Source: Cyanobacteria bacterium J06626_4 (GTDB taxonomy: Bacteria > Cyanobacteriota > Cyanobacteriia > Phormidesmidales > Phormidesmidaceae). From it: 36,189 bases of DNA. The stretch is taken from NCBI GenBank assembly GCA_038523235.1, contig JBCBJQ010000059.1, positions 1-36,189 of the forward strand, in the 5' to 3' direction. Below are positions 1 to 9,199 of the stretch, piece by piece. Under the pieces are notes generated by a model. The model ran no database searches. It saw only the letters and a program-made list of their open reading frames with translations, and had not been told where the DNA came from. Within the stretch, counting starts at the first letter, position 1. Every line of letters starts with the position of its first letter. The position numbers were made by a program, and so were the translations under genes.

Positions 1-41
1 CCATTTGGCGATAAAGAGGAATGACAACCTTCCCATAAGAT

Positions 42-77
42 GGGTAGATTATCGCTTTCGTTAGCGATAATCTACCC
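42..77. terminator. Perfect 15-bp inverted repeat (terminator-like hairpin)
   Basis: GGGTAGATTATCGCT-ttcgtt-AGCGATAATCTACCC followed by CTTTAT; the gene it would serve lies outside the window. Confidence 0.55.
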
Positions 78-106
78 CTTTATCCCCGCTATCGATGGAC
101 GATATC

Positions 107-167
107 GAAAATATACCTAGAACTTTATCTACACTATTGAAAATGTACCTAGAACTTTATCTACACT
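107..167. repeat. Tandem direct repeat, 29-bp unit, 32-bp period
   Basis: GAAAATATACCTAGAACTTTATCTACACT (107-135) and GAAAATGTACCTAGAACTTTATCTACACT (139-167), one mismatch. Confidence 0.9.
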
Positions 168-487
168 TTGTATTAGAGGGTCTTTTTGACGAGAGTATTC
201 TACTGTCGCTAAAACACCAAAGTTGAGGGTCATCGCCGAGTGCACCCTTAAGAGATTAATTGTTGCTGTAAACACATCGTGCTGACGGGGATCGAGACGA
301 ATGCCGCAGAGACGATTGAGACGGTAATACGCTCATCGGCATTCTCTTAAGCCAGTTGTTTGAAGTTCTTGATGCCTAGGATGCGAAAGTCGTTTCGGTT
401 TATTGGCCAACGTTCATCAACGTGGAAAACTCGTCCTCAATTTTGTCGGGACGACGAACCGTGTATGGATGCTCATGATGTTGCGAT

Positions 488-892
488 TTAGGTATCGACA
501 GGTTTAGGGGCAACGGGCGAGGCAATCTCGACTAAACAGCCGTTTAGATCACGCACGTAGCCAACGACTTGGCCCCAGGGCTGGGCTGTGGGTACTTTGA
601 CGGCCACCGCACCTGCCTCTACCGCAGTCTTAAATTTTGCTTCCGGCTGATCGGTCACAAAGGCGATTTCAAAGCCTGCGGGGAGTTCACCCAGAGTATT
701 TGGGCGGATGGCGATGTCATTGAACTCAGCCATGGGGTTACCGGCAAAGGCCAAGACGGTGGTGCCCGTTTCCATTTCGGCATAGAGTTTGCTTTCGTGG
801 ATGAACTTACGGTTGAGGCCAAAGGCGGCTTCGTAGAACTCTACCGTGGCGATGACATCTTCAACGTAGAGAATGGTGTAGCCGAGCTGCAT
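488..892 (-). CDS. VOC/glyoxalase family protein
   Basis: YTILYVEDV..TVEFYEAAFG at the N-terminus and QPWGQVVGYVRDLNGCLVEI at the C-terminus are typical VOC motifs. Confidence 0.9.
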   Translation of the reverse strand: MQLGYTILYVEDVIATVEFYEAAFGLNRKFIHESKLYAEMETGTTVLAFAGNPMAEFNDIAIRPNTLGELPAGFEIAFVTDQPEAKFKTAVEAGAVAVKVPTAQPWGQVVGYVRDLNGCLVEIASPVAPKPVDT

Positions 893-1051
893 GATTGGTT
901 GCCTTTATTGATGGGGGCAAGTGGGTGGCGATGAAGCCGATCGCTTGAGATCTCATCGCTCAAAGAATATTTCCAGAACAGAACTGTCTGCTGTCAGAGG
1001 TTGGTCGTGTCCAATTCTGACGAGCAGAAACGTGATTTCTGAGTTCGGTGC

Positions 1052-1654
1052 TTAAGCCGATCGCCGCTGCCAATTGACGTAGGGCAGATTTGCGGCCGTC
1101 GCTTGAATGGCCGTCGCTTGGGAAACGAGCTGACCGCAAGCATCCCACGTGCCACCGACAAACATTTGTCGAGGCCCATTGTCGATCGCCACCGGGGCAC
1201 TAAACTCGCCCATCGTGACGGTCAGATTGTTCAGATCCAGAGTGAGGAGTTGCTGGGGCTGGGCGACAATCTGCGCCTGCAAGGTGGCTGCAACGTCAGA
1301 ACTAACGGTGACGCAAGGCACGCCCATGGCCACGCAGTTGCCAAAAAAGATTTCGGCAAAGCTTTCGCCAATCAGTGCTTTGATGCCCCAACGGGCGATC
1401 GCCTGCGGGGCGTGCTCGCGCGATGAGCCGCAGCCAAAATTACGGTTGACGACCAAAATCTCGGCGTCTTGATATGGCGGTTGATCAAAGGTATGTTCGC
1501 CTTTGAGCTGGGTGCGATCGTCGGCAAACACCTGTTCGCCCAAGCCATCAAAGGTGACACAGCGCAAAAACCGAGCGGGAATGATGCGATCAGTATCAAT
1601 ATCGTTGCCCTGTAGCGGCAAACCGGAACCGCTAACCGTGGTGACTGAAGTCAT
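1052..1654 (-). CDS. leuD: 3-isopropylmalate dehydratase small subunit
   Basis: [28 protein letters not shown] and SFAEIFFGN motifs. Confidence 0.97.
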   Translation of the reverse strand: MTSVTTVSGSGLPLQGNDIDTDRIIPARFLRCVTFDGLGEQVFADDRTQLKGEHTFDQPPYQDAEILVVNRNFGCGSSREHAPQAIARWGIKALIGESFAEIFFGNCVAMGVPCVTVSSDVAATLQAQIVAQPQQLLTLDLNNLTVTMGEFSAPVAIDNGPRQMFVGGTWDACGQLVSQATAIQATAANLPYVNWQRRSA

Positions 1655-1715
1655 GGCAAATCCTGATGAAGCTCAGCAATCTCTGGGCTTTCATCATATC
1701 GTTCTGTGGCGGTGA

Positions 1716-3557
1716 TTACTCACTCAAGAATGGGTCCGGGGTCGAGACATCCGCAGCGGAATCGACCTTATTTGTAATCCACAGCGACTGGTAGGGCTGG
1801 ATCAGATAGTCAGCCCCGAGCGACATGAGGCGATCGCCGCTAATTAAATCAATCCACTCATCTGTATCTAACAGGTTCAGGTCGCTCAGCTGTAGCTCCT
1901 GCGGCGTATTGCTCAAATTGTGAATCGAAAAAATACTTTGATCGCGGGCCATGCTCTGTCGCCAAAAAGCAAAGATCGCTGGGTTTAGAGGATGCAGCGT
2001 GTACTGGGTCGCATTGGGGTGAAAGGCTCGCTGACGGCGGCGAATGCCAATCAGCCGCGACAGTTCTTGGAACACTTGAGCGTGGGGCGTTTCGGGGTCA
2101 GCGAGGGCCGTTTCCAGCTCGGCAATATTCCACTTGTAGCGATTGATGGTGCGGTTGTGTCCGGTGGCGGCCACGCCCTCGTGATAATTGCGCGTGCCCA
2201 ACAGACTGTGAATATAGAAGGCCGGGATGCCCTCCAACGACATCATGATGGTCTGAGAGCACAAAAACCGTTCGATTTGCCACTCATCTTCGCCCGCCAC
2301 CGTGCCCTTCATGGCATCGAACAGCGAAATGTTGATTTCATAGGGCGATTCCGTCCCATCAGGGCGGCGTCGCATGCTGATTTTGCCGCCAAACCGCTTC
2401 ATCGTGTCTAACAGCGAGTTGTATTCGTCGGCGGTCAGCAGGCCCTCAGTGGGCCGCAACCCGATGCCATCATGAGACGCCGTAAAGTTGAAATAAGCGC
2501 AGCCAATTGGGGCCGGGGGCATGCTCATCATCCACTGCTTGAGATAGTCAGAACGCCCCTGCATTAAGGCATTGAGCACTAGTGGTGGCAAACTAAAGTT
2601 GTAGATCATGTGAGCTTCGTTGCGATTGCCAAAGTAGCTCAGGTTCTCCCGATTAGGGACGTTGGTTTCCGTAATGATGGCAATTTGCGGATCGATCATT
2701 TGCAGCAGTTCCCGCAATAGCCGCACCATAGTGTGAGTTTCCGACAGGTGAATGCAGTTAGAGCCCAGCTTCTTCCACAGATAGCCGACGGCATCGAGGC
2801 GAATGTAGCGCGCCCCCGCTTCGATGTAGAGCAAAATGATTTTGACGTATTCCAGCAGCACGTCAGGATTGCCAAAGTTAACGTCGATTTGGTCAGCGCT
2901 AAAGGTACTCCAAACATGCTTCGATCCGTTCACGGTTTCCAGCTGGGTCAGCAGGGCAGAACTCCGTGGGCGCACCACTGCTGATAGGCTCTCGTCGTCT
3001 GGGTCGGCTTCAATCAAATAGTCGCACCCTGGTTTTTCAGCGGCTTGAAATTGCTTCACCCACGGATGCTCACTGGAGATGTGGTTGATCACCAAATCGA
3101 CCATCAGATTCTGGGTGGCGCTAATGCGTTTGACGTCGTCCCAGTCGCCCAGCTCGGGGCTGACGCTGTTGTAGTCTTTGATCGCAAAGCCATCGTCAGA
3201 GGTATAGGGAAAAAACGGCAGAATATGCACCCCGGTCACCACATCTTGGAGGTGTTGTTCTAAAAACGTTGCCAGCACTGCCAGCGGCGATCGCCCATCC
3301 TCAGCCACTAAGCTGTCACCGTAGGTGATCAGCAGCACGTTGTCGTGACTCCATTTGCGCCAGTCTTCGCGGCTACTTTGCTGGAGGTAGGGTTGCAGCA
3401 GCGTGTGCAATCGCTCAGTCAAGGGTTCGGCGATATGGGCCGGATACACCCGCAATAGCAAGGGGTTAATCCGAGACGAGAACATATCAAGCTCAGGATT
3501 GCTGGAGTCAGCGGGTTGAGAGGGCTGGATTTGTGGAGACTGAGGGCCGATTGACAT
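1716..3557 (-). CDS. GH13_18 sugar phosphorylase, glucosylglycerate phosphorylase-like
   Basis: LITYGDS, VHILPFFPYTSDDGF, DLVINH, WSTFSADQIDVN, IRLDAVGY (nucleophile), ITETN (acid/base), ASHDGIG, PYEINISLFDA. The start may be further downstream than 3557. Confidence 0.85.
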   Translation of the reverse strand: MSIGPQSPQIQPSQPADSSNPELDMFSSRINPLLLRVYPAHIAEPLTERLHTLLQPYLQQSSREDWRKWSHDNVLLITYGDSLVAEDGRSPLAVLATFLEQHLQDVVTGVHILPFFPYTSDDGFAIKDYNSVSPELGDWDDVKRISATQNLMVDLVINHISSEHPWVKQFQAAEKPGCDYLIEADPDDESLSAVVRPRSSALLTQLETVNGSKHVWSTFSADQIDVNFGNPDVLLEYVKIILLYIEAGARYIRLDAVGYLWKKLGSNCIHLSETHTMVRLLRELLQMIDPQIAIITETNVPNRENLSYFGNRNEAHMIYNFSLPPLVLNALMQGRSDYLKQWMMSMPPAPIGCAYFNFTASHDGIGLRPTEGLLTADEYNSLLDTMKRFGGKISMRRRPDGTESPYEINISLFDAMKGTVAGEDEWQIERFLCSQTIMMSLEGIPAFYIHSLLGTRNYHEGVAATGHNRTINRYKWNIAELETALADPETPHAQVFQELSRLIGIRRRQRAFHPNATQYTLHPLNPAIFAFWRQSMARDQSIFSIHNLSNTPQELQLSDLNLLDTDEWIDLISGDRLMSLGADYLIQPYQSLWITNKVDSAADVSTPDPFLSE

Positions 3558-4539
3558 AGCGATAAGATTCCGTTTAAACCGAGAACAAAGGCAGGGGTCG
3601 TGGCTGAATGCCAGGGAAGTTTAGTAATTCGACAGCATCAAATATAAGAGACCTTTTATAAAATTTTTCAGCCTGATGAGTTCGGCCAGCTTCCTTTCAA
3701 CTTCTCCACCACAAGTTCAACATCACAGCCAATCAATAAACCTGATCTTCCCTGCAGGGCTACTTTAAGGACTCAGATTTTTAGGCCTATCGTCTGCCGT
3801 CATGTGAAAGACACCGTTCGTCAGAATATAAATTTGTTTATGTAATCAACGCTTGAGGGTGAACTGGCAGTGCTTATGAATCCATAAATGACTGCAATCA
3901 AAAGTTAAAGTGACAACTCAAAAAAAGACGAAGTCTGCTCAGGCGCCTAGGAAATAATTGGCTTCAAGAAACCTTGACAGGGCTGAAGCCAAAAAGTTTC
4001 GATGAGACATCGGAACTTGTCCGAGAATTTCCGATTTTGAATACGCTGTCCTAACGACAGTCAGCAACCATGGCGCTAGCGAGCGAAATGCCTTAATCAG
4101 TAACCATATCACCGTCGCAAAAAAGTCTTGTAACTATTGACACCGCAAAATGTTTGCCTGAGACGAAATCGATTTTGGGGCTACTGAGATGAATGGTGCC
4201 TGCGCCCACCTCAGCGAGCCGTAACTCACTTCCCGCTAGGTGTTTTGAGCATTGGGGTGACTGATTGTACGAGTTCTTAGGGCTGAGATTGCCCGACTCA
4301 TCTCGGCAATGTCGGGGAGTTTAGGGGTCGAGGAGATCGATTTGTCGTTGTCCTGTTTCAGAGAAGGGGCACACGACGCGATCGCGACGCTCCCAATAAT
4401 GAATTTTCGGGGTTCGTTACGGATGTGGGTAATGGGTCAGCAGACATGCTGGCAGGAGCTTGGTGTGAGCTGCTGAAATCTGACCTGCCCGAGGCCAGGG
4501 GATGGTCAGGATAATGGATTCCTAGAGGCTGGAACGCCT

Positions 4540-4579
4540 GCTCGGGTGGGGGCGATCGCGCGATCGCCCCCACCCGAGC
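4540..4579. repeat. Perfect 40-bp palindrome centred on two tandem HIP1 sites
   Basis: GCTCGGGTGGGGGCGATCGC|GCGATCGCCCCCACCCGAGC with no loop, about 85 bp downstream of the Crp-family stop. Confidence 0.95.
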
Positions 4580-4662
4580 GGTTCTGTATTAAACCGCTCA
4601 AATCTGGAAAATCGCTGTCATGAGCTGATGGCCGAGGTGGCAACCCGCCAATCTACTTGACC

Positions 4663-5334
4663 CTAAAGGGACAAGCGGCTCCAGCTGCTGTCGTACAGTT
4701 GCGCCAGCTGCACAATCAAATAGCGCTGCTGGGTCTGTAACCAGCCCTCTTCTTTGAAATCTTTCAGCAGCCGCGTGACGGTGACGCGGGTCGTACCGAT
4801 CGCGGTAGCGAGTTGGTGGTGGGTCAGACGTACGGGAATGCGCACCCCGCAGGTTTCGACCTGGCCGAAGTCTTGGGCAATGAGGAGCAGGAGCTGTCGC
4901 AGGCGATCGGCGACCAGGCGTTTGCCGGAGATGGCCAGCCAGGCCTCTGACTGCTGCAGCCGCAGCATCAGGTGCCGACAAATGCCACCCATCAGCATCG
5001 GCGAAGACTCTACTTCCATCATGGATAGGGGCAGCACATCAACGTCGGTGAGCGCCGTGGCCCAGTAGGGATCGACCACGGTCAACGGTAGGCCAATTGG
5101 CATGGAAGGCCCGGCTAATCCCAGTAGCGTTTCGCTGCCGTCTTGCTGAATGGTGTAAAGCTGCACCACCCCGCGGCAAACAATCAACAGTTCGTTGAGG
5201 CGTAGGGGAATCGTTCTACCGGCCGGATAGGGAGTCAGTGTGCGCTCCCGATAAAGCTGCTCTAAAACTGCTACAAAGTCGTCAGGAGAAGATTTCGCTG
5301 TAGCAGTTGAGAGCACAGAGGGTTTTGCAAACAC
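4663..5334 (-). CDS. Crp/Fnr family transcriptional regulator (cyanobacterial CysR-like)
   Basis: Cyclic-nucleotide-binding-like domain (GVVQLYTIQQDGSETLLGLAGP) and C-terminal HTH LTHHQLATAIGTTRVTVTRLL; GTG start. Confidence 0.9.
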   Translation of the reverse strand: MFAKPSVLSTATAKSSPDDFVAVLEQLYRERTLTPYPAGRTIPLRLNELLIVCRGVVQLYTIQQDGSETLLGLAGPSMPIGLPLTVVDPYWATALTDVDVLPLSMMEVESSPMLMGGICRHLMLRLQQSEAWLAISGKRLVADRLRQLLLLIAQDFGQVETCGVRIPVRLTHHQLATAIGTTRVTVTRLLKDFKEEGWLQTQQRYLIVQLAQLYDSSWSRLSL

Positions 5335-5536
5335 AACGGGTTACCCGAAGAAGGTCAAAAATATCTCGATGCGCCCTCTGCTGGTCACAGGCTAGCCGCT
5401 AGGCCACCAGTGCCCAAGGCCACGCGCAGGTGGCTACCGCTAGATATTCTTACTTGCCATCATCGACAACGTTTCTTAAGGTCAGGGAGGCTTAGGTTTA
5501 ATAATTAATTAACATCGGGCTAAGTTCCCGATCACT

Positions 5537-6946
5537 TTATCCTGGCAGATGATGGCGGACATCTTCGATCCGGCCCGCGATCGCGGCGGTGGCCACCATG
5601 GCCGGACTCATCAGTAGCGTGCGCCCTGAGGATGACCCCTGGCGGCCTTTGAAGTTGCGGTTAGACGAGGAAGCGCTGATTTGATTGCCCTGCAGCTTAT
5701 CCGGATTCATGGCCAAACACATCGAACAGCCTGCCTCGCGCCATTCGAACCCAGCGGCTTCAAAAATCGTGTCTAAGCCTTCAGATTCTGCCGCGACTTT
5801 GACCTGTTCTGAGCCGGGTACGACAAATGCCGTGACCTCGGCAGCCACCTTTTGGCCTTGCACGACTTTGGCGGCTTCTCGCAGATCGCTGAGCCGACCA
5901 TTGGTACAGCTCCCGATAAAGCACACGTCAACCTTGGTGCCTTGAATCGGGGTGCCCGGTTGCAACTCCATATATCGATAGGCTTCTGCTGCGATCGCGC
6001 GATCGCCCTCTGGCAGACTGTCTAAGGTGGGAATCTGTTCATTCACGCCGATGCCCTGACCCGGCGTAATCCCCCAGGTCACCGTGGGTGGAATATCTGC
6101 GGCATCAAACACCACCACATCGTCATAGTCAGCATCGGCATCGCTGCGCAGGCTTTCCCACCAGGCTACGGCGGCATCCCATTGCGCCTCACCAGGGGCA
6201 AATTCCCGACCGCGCAAATAGTTGTAGGTCACCGCATCAGGATTAACGTAGCCGCAGCGCGCGCCCCCCTCAATCGACATGTTGCAGACGGTCATGCGCT
6301 CTTCCATTGACATGGCTTCAATGGTGGTACCCGCATATTCGTAGGCATAGCCAACCCCACCCTTAACGCCCAATTGCCGAATGACGTGCAGCGTCACATC
6401 TTTGGCGTAAACGCCGGGGGGCAGCGAACCGTTAATCTCAATCCGCCGCACCTTGAGCTTGCCCAGGGCCAAGGTCTGTGAGGCTAAAACATCCCGCACT
6501 TGGCTGGTGCCGATGCCAAAGGCGATCGCGCCAAAAGCGCCGTGGGTCGAGGTGTGGCTGTCACCACAGGCGATCGTCATGCCCGGTTGGGTCAGGCCTT
6601 GCTCGGGGGCAATCACATGAACGATGCCCTGGCTGCCCGAGCCAATATTGTAGAAAGTGATGTTGTGCTCGCGACAGTTAGTTTCTAACGCCTCGATCAT
6701 CTCCTCGGCTAGTCGGTCAACAAAGGGGCGAGCCTGACTATCCGTCGGCACAATGTGATCGACTGTGGCCAGGGTGCGTTCAGGAAACATGACCTGCAGT
6801 TGGCGCTCTCGCAACATGGCAAAGGCTTGGGGGCTGGTGACTTCATGAATCAGGTGCAGCCCAATGAACAGCTGGGTTTGCCCAGAAGAGAGGATGCCAA
6901 CGGTATGTAAGTCCCAAACTTTGTCGAAGAGGGTACCTGTGCTCAT
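5537..6946 (-). CDS. leuC: 3-isopropylmalate dehydratase large subunit
   Basis: [51 protein letters not shown]. Confidence 0.98.
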   Translation of the reverse strand: MSTGTLFDKVWDLHTVGILSSGQTQLFIGLHLIHEVTSPQAFAMLRERQLQVMFPERTLATVDHIVPTDSQARPFVDRLAEEMIEALETNCREHNITFYNIGSGSQGIVHVIAPEQGLTQPGMTIACGDSHTSTHGAFGAIAFGIGTSQVRDVLASQTLALGKLKVRRIEINGSLPPGVYAKDVTLHVIRQLGVKGGVGYAYEYAGTTIEAMSMEERMTVCNMSIEGGARCGYVNPDAVTYNYLRGREFAPGEAQWDAAVAWWESLRSDADADYDDVVVFDAADIPPTVTWGITPGQGIGVNEQIPTLDSLPEGDRAIAAEAYRYMELQPGTPIQGTKVDVCFIGSCTNGRLSDLREAAKVVQGQKVAAEVTAFVVPGSEQVKVAAESEGLDTIFEAAGFEWREAGCSMCLAMNPDKLQGNQISASSSNRNFKGRQGSSSGRTLLMSPAMVATAAIAGRIEDVRHHLPG

Positions 6947-7078
6947 GCCCCAAAAATCCCATCCAAAACGCGACGCAGACGATCATACTAGCCCATTCCA
7001 GCGCGGGGCAGGGGGAACCAAAGCATCTCTAGAAAACGGCCAGAAGGTGGTATTCACAGGGCGATTGCCGCCCTTTAA

Positions 7079-7120
7079 TGAGAATCCTCAGCATTCTTAG
7101 GAAAAATGCTGAGGATCTCA
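7079..7120. terminator. Hairpin between the ArsR gene and leuC
   Basis: TGAGAATCCTCAGCATT-cttaggaaa-AATGCTGAGGATCTCA, near-perfect stem downstream of the ArsR stop; no clear U-tract. Confidence 0.45.
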
Positions 7121-7192
7121 AGACCTTGGTGATGTCGAAGCGTTTGGGCTAACGCTTGCCGAGAGCTGAACCCGTTCATTAGATCAATTCAA

Positions 7193-7528
7193 CTAGCTCG
7201 CTTCCAACAGGCGGCTAGGAATGATGGGACTGAAGCGGCGATATTCAGAAAGATACTGCTCGAGAACCACAAACTGCGATAAGTCGAGGCTGTAATAGGT
7301 CCAACGACCTTGAGGACGAGCTTGGACTAAACCCGCTTCCTTTAACACGCGCAGATGAAAGGAGAGCTTGGACTGACTAACGTCTAGTTCTTCGCAGAGG
7401 TCGCAGACGCACATTTCATGGGTTCGCAAACGTTCGATAACGTGCACTCTCAGGGGATCTGATAAAGCGTGAAACCCCGCAAGGCAGTCTTCTGTACTGT
7501 TGGTATCTAAGATTTTGACGGTTTCCAT
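7193..7528 (-). CDS. ArsR/SmtB family metalloregulator
   Basis: FHALSDPLR, EMCVCDL (ArsR-type Cys motif), SQSKLSFHLRVLKEAGLV, GRWTYYSL. Confidence 0.93.
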   Translation of the reverse strand: METVKILDTNSTEDCLAGFHALSDPLRVHVIERLRTHEMCVCDLCEELDVSQSKLSFHLRVLKEAGLVQARPQGRWTYYSLDLSQFVVLEQYLSEYRRFSPIIPSRLLEAS

Positions 7529-7704
7529 GGGCTACCTATCTTAAAGATAAAGTATGTTGACGAGTTCGATTCCGTCCTGTAGGTTCGCGAGGATCGCTAT
7601 CAGAGCTGTCACAGCTCATAAGCTTGAAGATTGGACTCATACTAACGAATTCGATTCTGTCCTGTTGCCTGCTAAGGGTCGCTATTACAGGTGGCACACA
7701 GCCC

Positions 7705-8424
7705 TTAATGCAATTGGAGTCCGGCCTGCAGAATCGCGAGGGCAGCGATGGGAGCAGTTACAGCTCGTAATATTTGCGGGCCTAAGGTGACCGGCTGATA
7801 GCCAATGGCAAGCGCGGCTGTAACCTCGGTCTCGGTCCAGCCCCCTTCTGGACCCACGGCAATCACCACTGAGGTCGGTTGGCAGGATAAACATGCTGAT
7901 AATAATGATTGACTGGGCCGCCTCGCGACACAGAGATACCGGTGGGCCTGGGAGGGTTGGGTGAGCCACGTTGACCAAGCTGTGGGTTCTAAGATTGGCG
8001 GGATGGTGAGCCGCTCCGATTGCTCTCCGGCTTCAGTGGCGATGCGCCGCCAGCGCTGCAGTTTGTGAGCACTAGGGCGGGGTAGGGTGCGATCGCTGAG
8101 CAGCGGCACGATCTGATCAACGCCCAGTTCGGTGACTTGCCGCACGACATCGTCAAATCCTTGCTTCGGTAAACAGGCGGCCAGGGTGATGTGAGGTTTA
8201 GCGGCCACGGCGGCGGTCGTGGTCGGTTCAGACAGTGGTGTTAAGGTTGCTTGGGCTGTATCTATCGTTAGGGAGGCCAGCCAAAGGTGCCCCCGGCCAT
8301 CGAGGGCGATGAAGCGATCGCCCGCCTGCAGCCGGAGTACGCGCTTGAGATAGTGCTGCTGATCAGCCGTCAGGGTGAGAGTCGTGTCGATAATTTGGCT
8401 CGGGCTCACAATGACGCGTTGCAA
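7705..8424 (-). CDS. rsmE: 16S rRNA m3U1498 methyltransferase
   Basis: HYLKRVLRL, TELGVDQIVP, EAGEQSER, AVGPEGGWT, LGPQILRAVTA; TTG start. Confidence 0.95.
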   Translation of the reverse strand: MQRVIVSPSQIIDTTLTLTADQQHYLKRVLRLQAGDRFIALDGRGHLWLASLTIDTAQATLTPLSEPTTTAAVAAKPHITLAACLPKQGFDDVVRQVTELGVDQIVPLLSDRTLPRPSAHKLQRWRRIATEAGEQSERLTIPPILEPTAWSTWLTQPSQAHRYLCVARRPSQSLLSACLSCQPTSVVIAVGPEGGWTETEVTAALAIGYQPVTLGPQILRAVTAPIAALAILQAGLQLH

Positions 8425-8434
8425 GGTGCCCCCT

Positions 8435-9043
8435 TTAGATCAGAGCAATGAGGCGAGTGTAAGTGATCACCCCAGTATCAGGATCGAATTTCAAATCGAG
8501 TGCAAGCTGATTGCGGGTCAGTGCCACTGCGTCGGACTCTGTCTGGTCGACGTCCCACCCCAGCTCTTCCAGCGCGGCTAGGGTCGTATCAACATCGGCC
8601 CCCAAATACTGATGAGGAAAGCCATAGGTGGTGTTGAAACCGGGCTCTGGCGGGTCGGCAGGCCCATCGATCAGGCCGATTTCCAGTTCGGTTTCTCCCT
8701 CGGGATTGATTTTGGCTCGATATTCTAAGTCCCCCTGCTGATTGGCATAAATTTGCCAGACGTCTTCGTCTTCGGGAGGAAGTAGATAAGCTAACACGCC
8801 ATCCTGATCGGTGAAGCCCGTTTCCTTGTTATACACATTCAAGTAGGTGAAGTCCGCTCGCTCGTAGACATGCACAACGTAGTGCTGCGTCTCAAACCGG
8901 AGCAGGGTCGTGGCCTCACTTTGAGCGATCGCGGCAGTGATCCACTGCTCCTGGGCGCGGTAAGGGGTGGTGGCCCCACTGGCGGCACTCCCCAGACTAC
9001 TCACCGCCAGGGCGAGGCTACAGAGAGAGACAAAAAATCGCAT
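8435..9043 (-). CDS. Secreted acidic hypothetical protein
   Basis: N-terminal signal peptide (MRFFVSLCSLALAVSSLGSAASG) and an acidic mature region; 10-bp gap to rsmE on the same strand. Confidence 0.75.
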   Translation of the reverse strand: MRFFVSLCSLALAVSSLGSAASGATTPYRAQEQWITAAIAQSEATTLLRFETQHYVVHVYERADFTYLNVYNKETGFTDQDGVLAYLLPPEDEDVWQIYANQQGDLEYRAKINPEGETELEIGLIDGPADPPEPGFNTTYGFPHQYLGADVDTTLAALEELGWDVDQTESDAVALTRNQLALDLKFDPDTGVITYTRLIALI

Positions 9044-9199
9044 GGTCTTTCACTCACAAACACGCACAGTCGTCCATCTTAAAGGATGAGGGCGCACCTT
9101 TCGGGGGTGGTACTGGCGTTTCGGCTGGCGTCACGTGGCACTCTGGCCCGATCGCGCCTTCAGGACGGTGGGTGTTCTCGGCAGTCGGCTGAGCGGCGA

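Noticed and set aside
107..167. CRISPR array
   Set aside because: Only two units separated by 3 bp, with no spacer-length sequence and no cas genes.
404..487. Integron attC site after the VOC gene
   Set aside because: The minus strand has GCAAC..GTTGGCC ends, but the R-box consensus is imperfect, the L boxes do not pair and no integrase is seen.
3673..3700. Hammerhead ribozyme core (CTGATGA)
   Set aside because: No GAAA after a stem II; the CTGATGA matches near 1663 and 17046 fail in the same way.
4663..5334. ntcA
   Set aside because: Only the HTH resembles NtcA; the highly conserved NtcA N-terminal motifs are absent.
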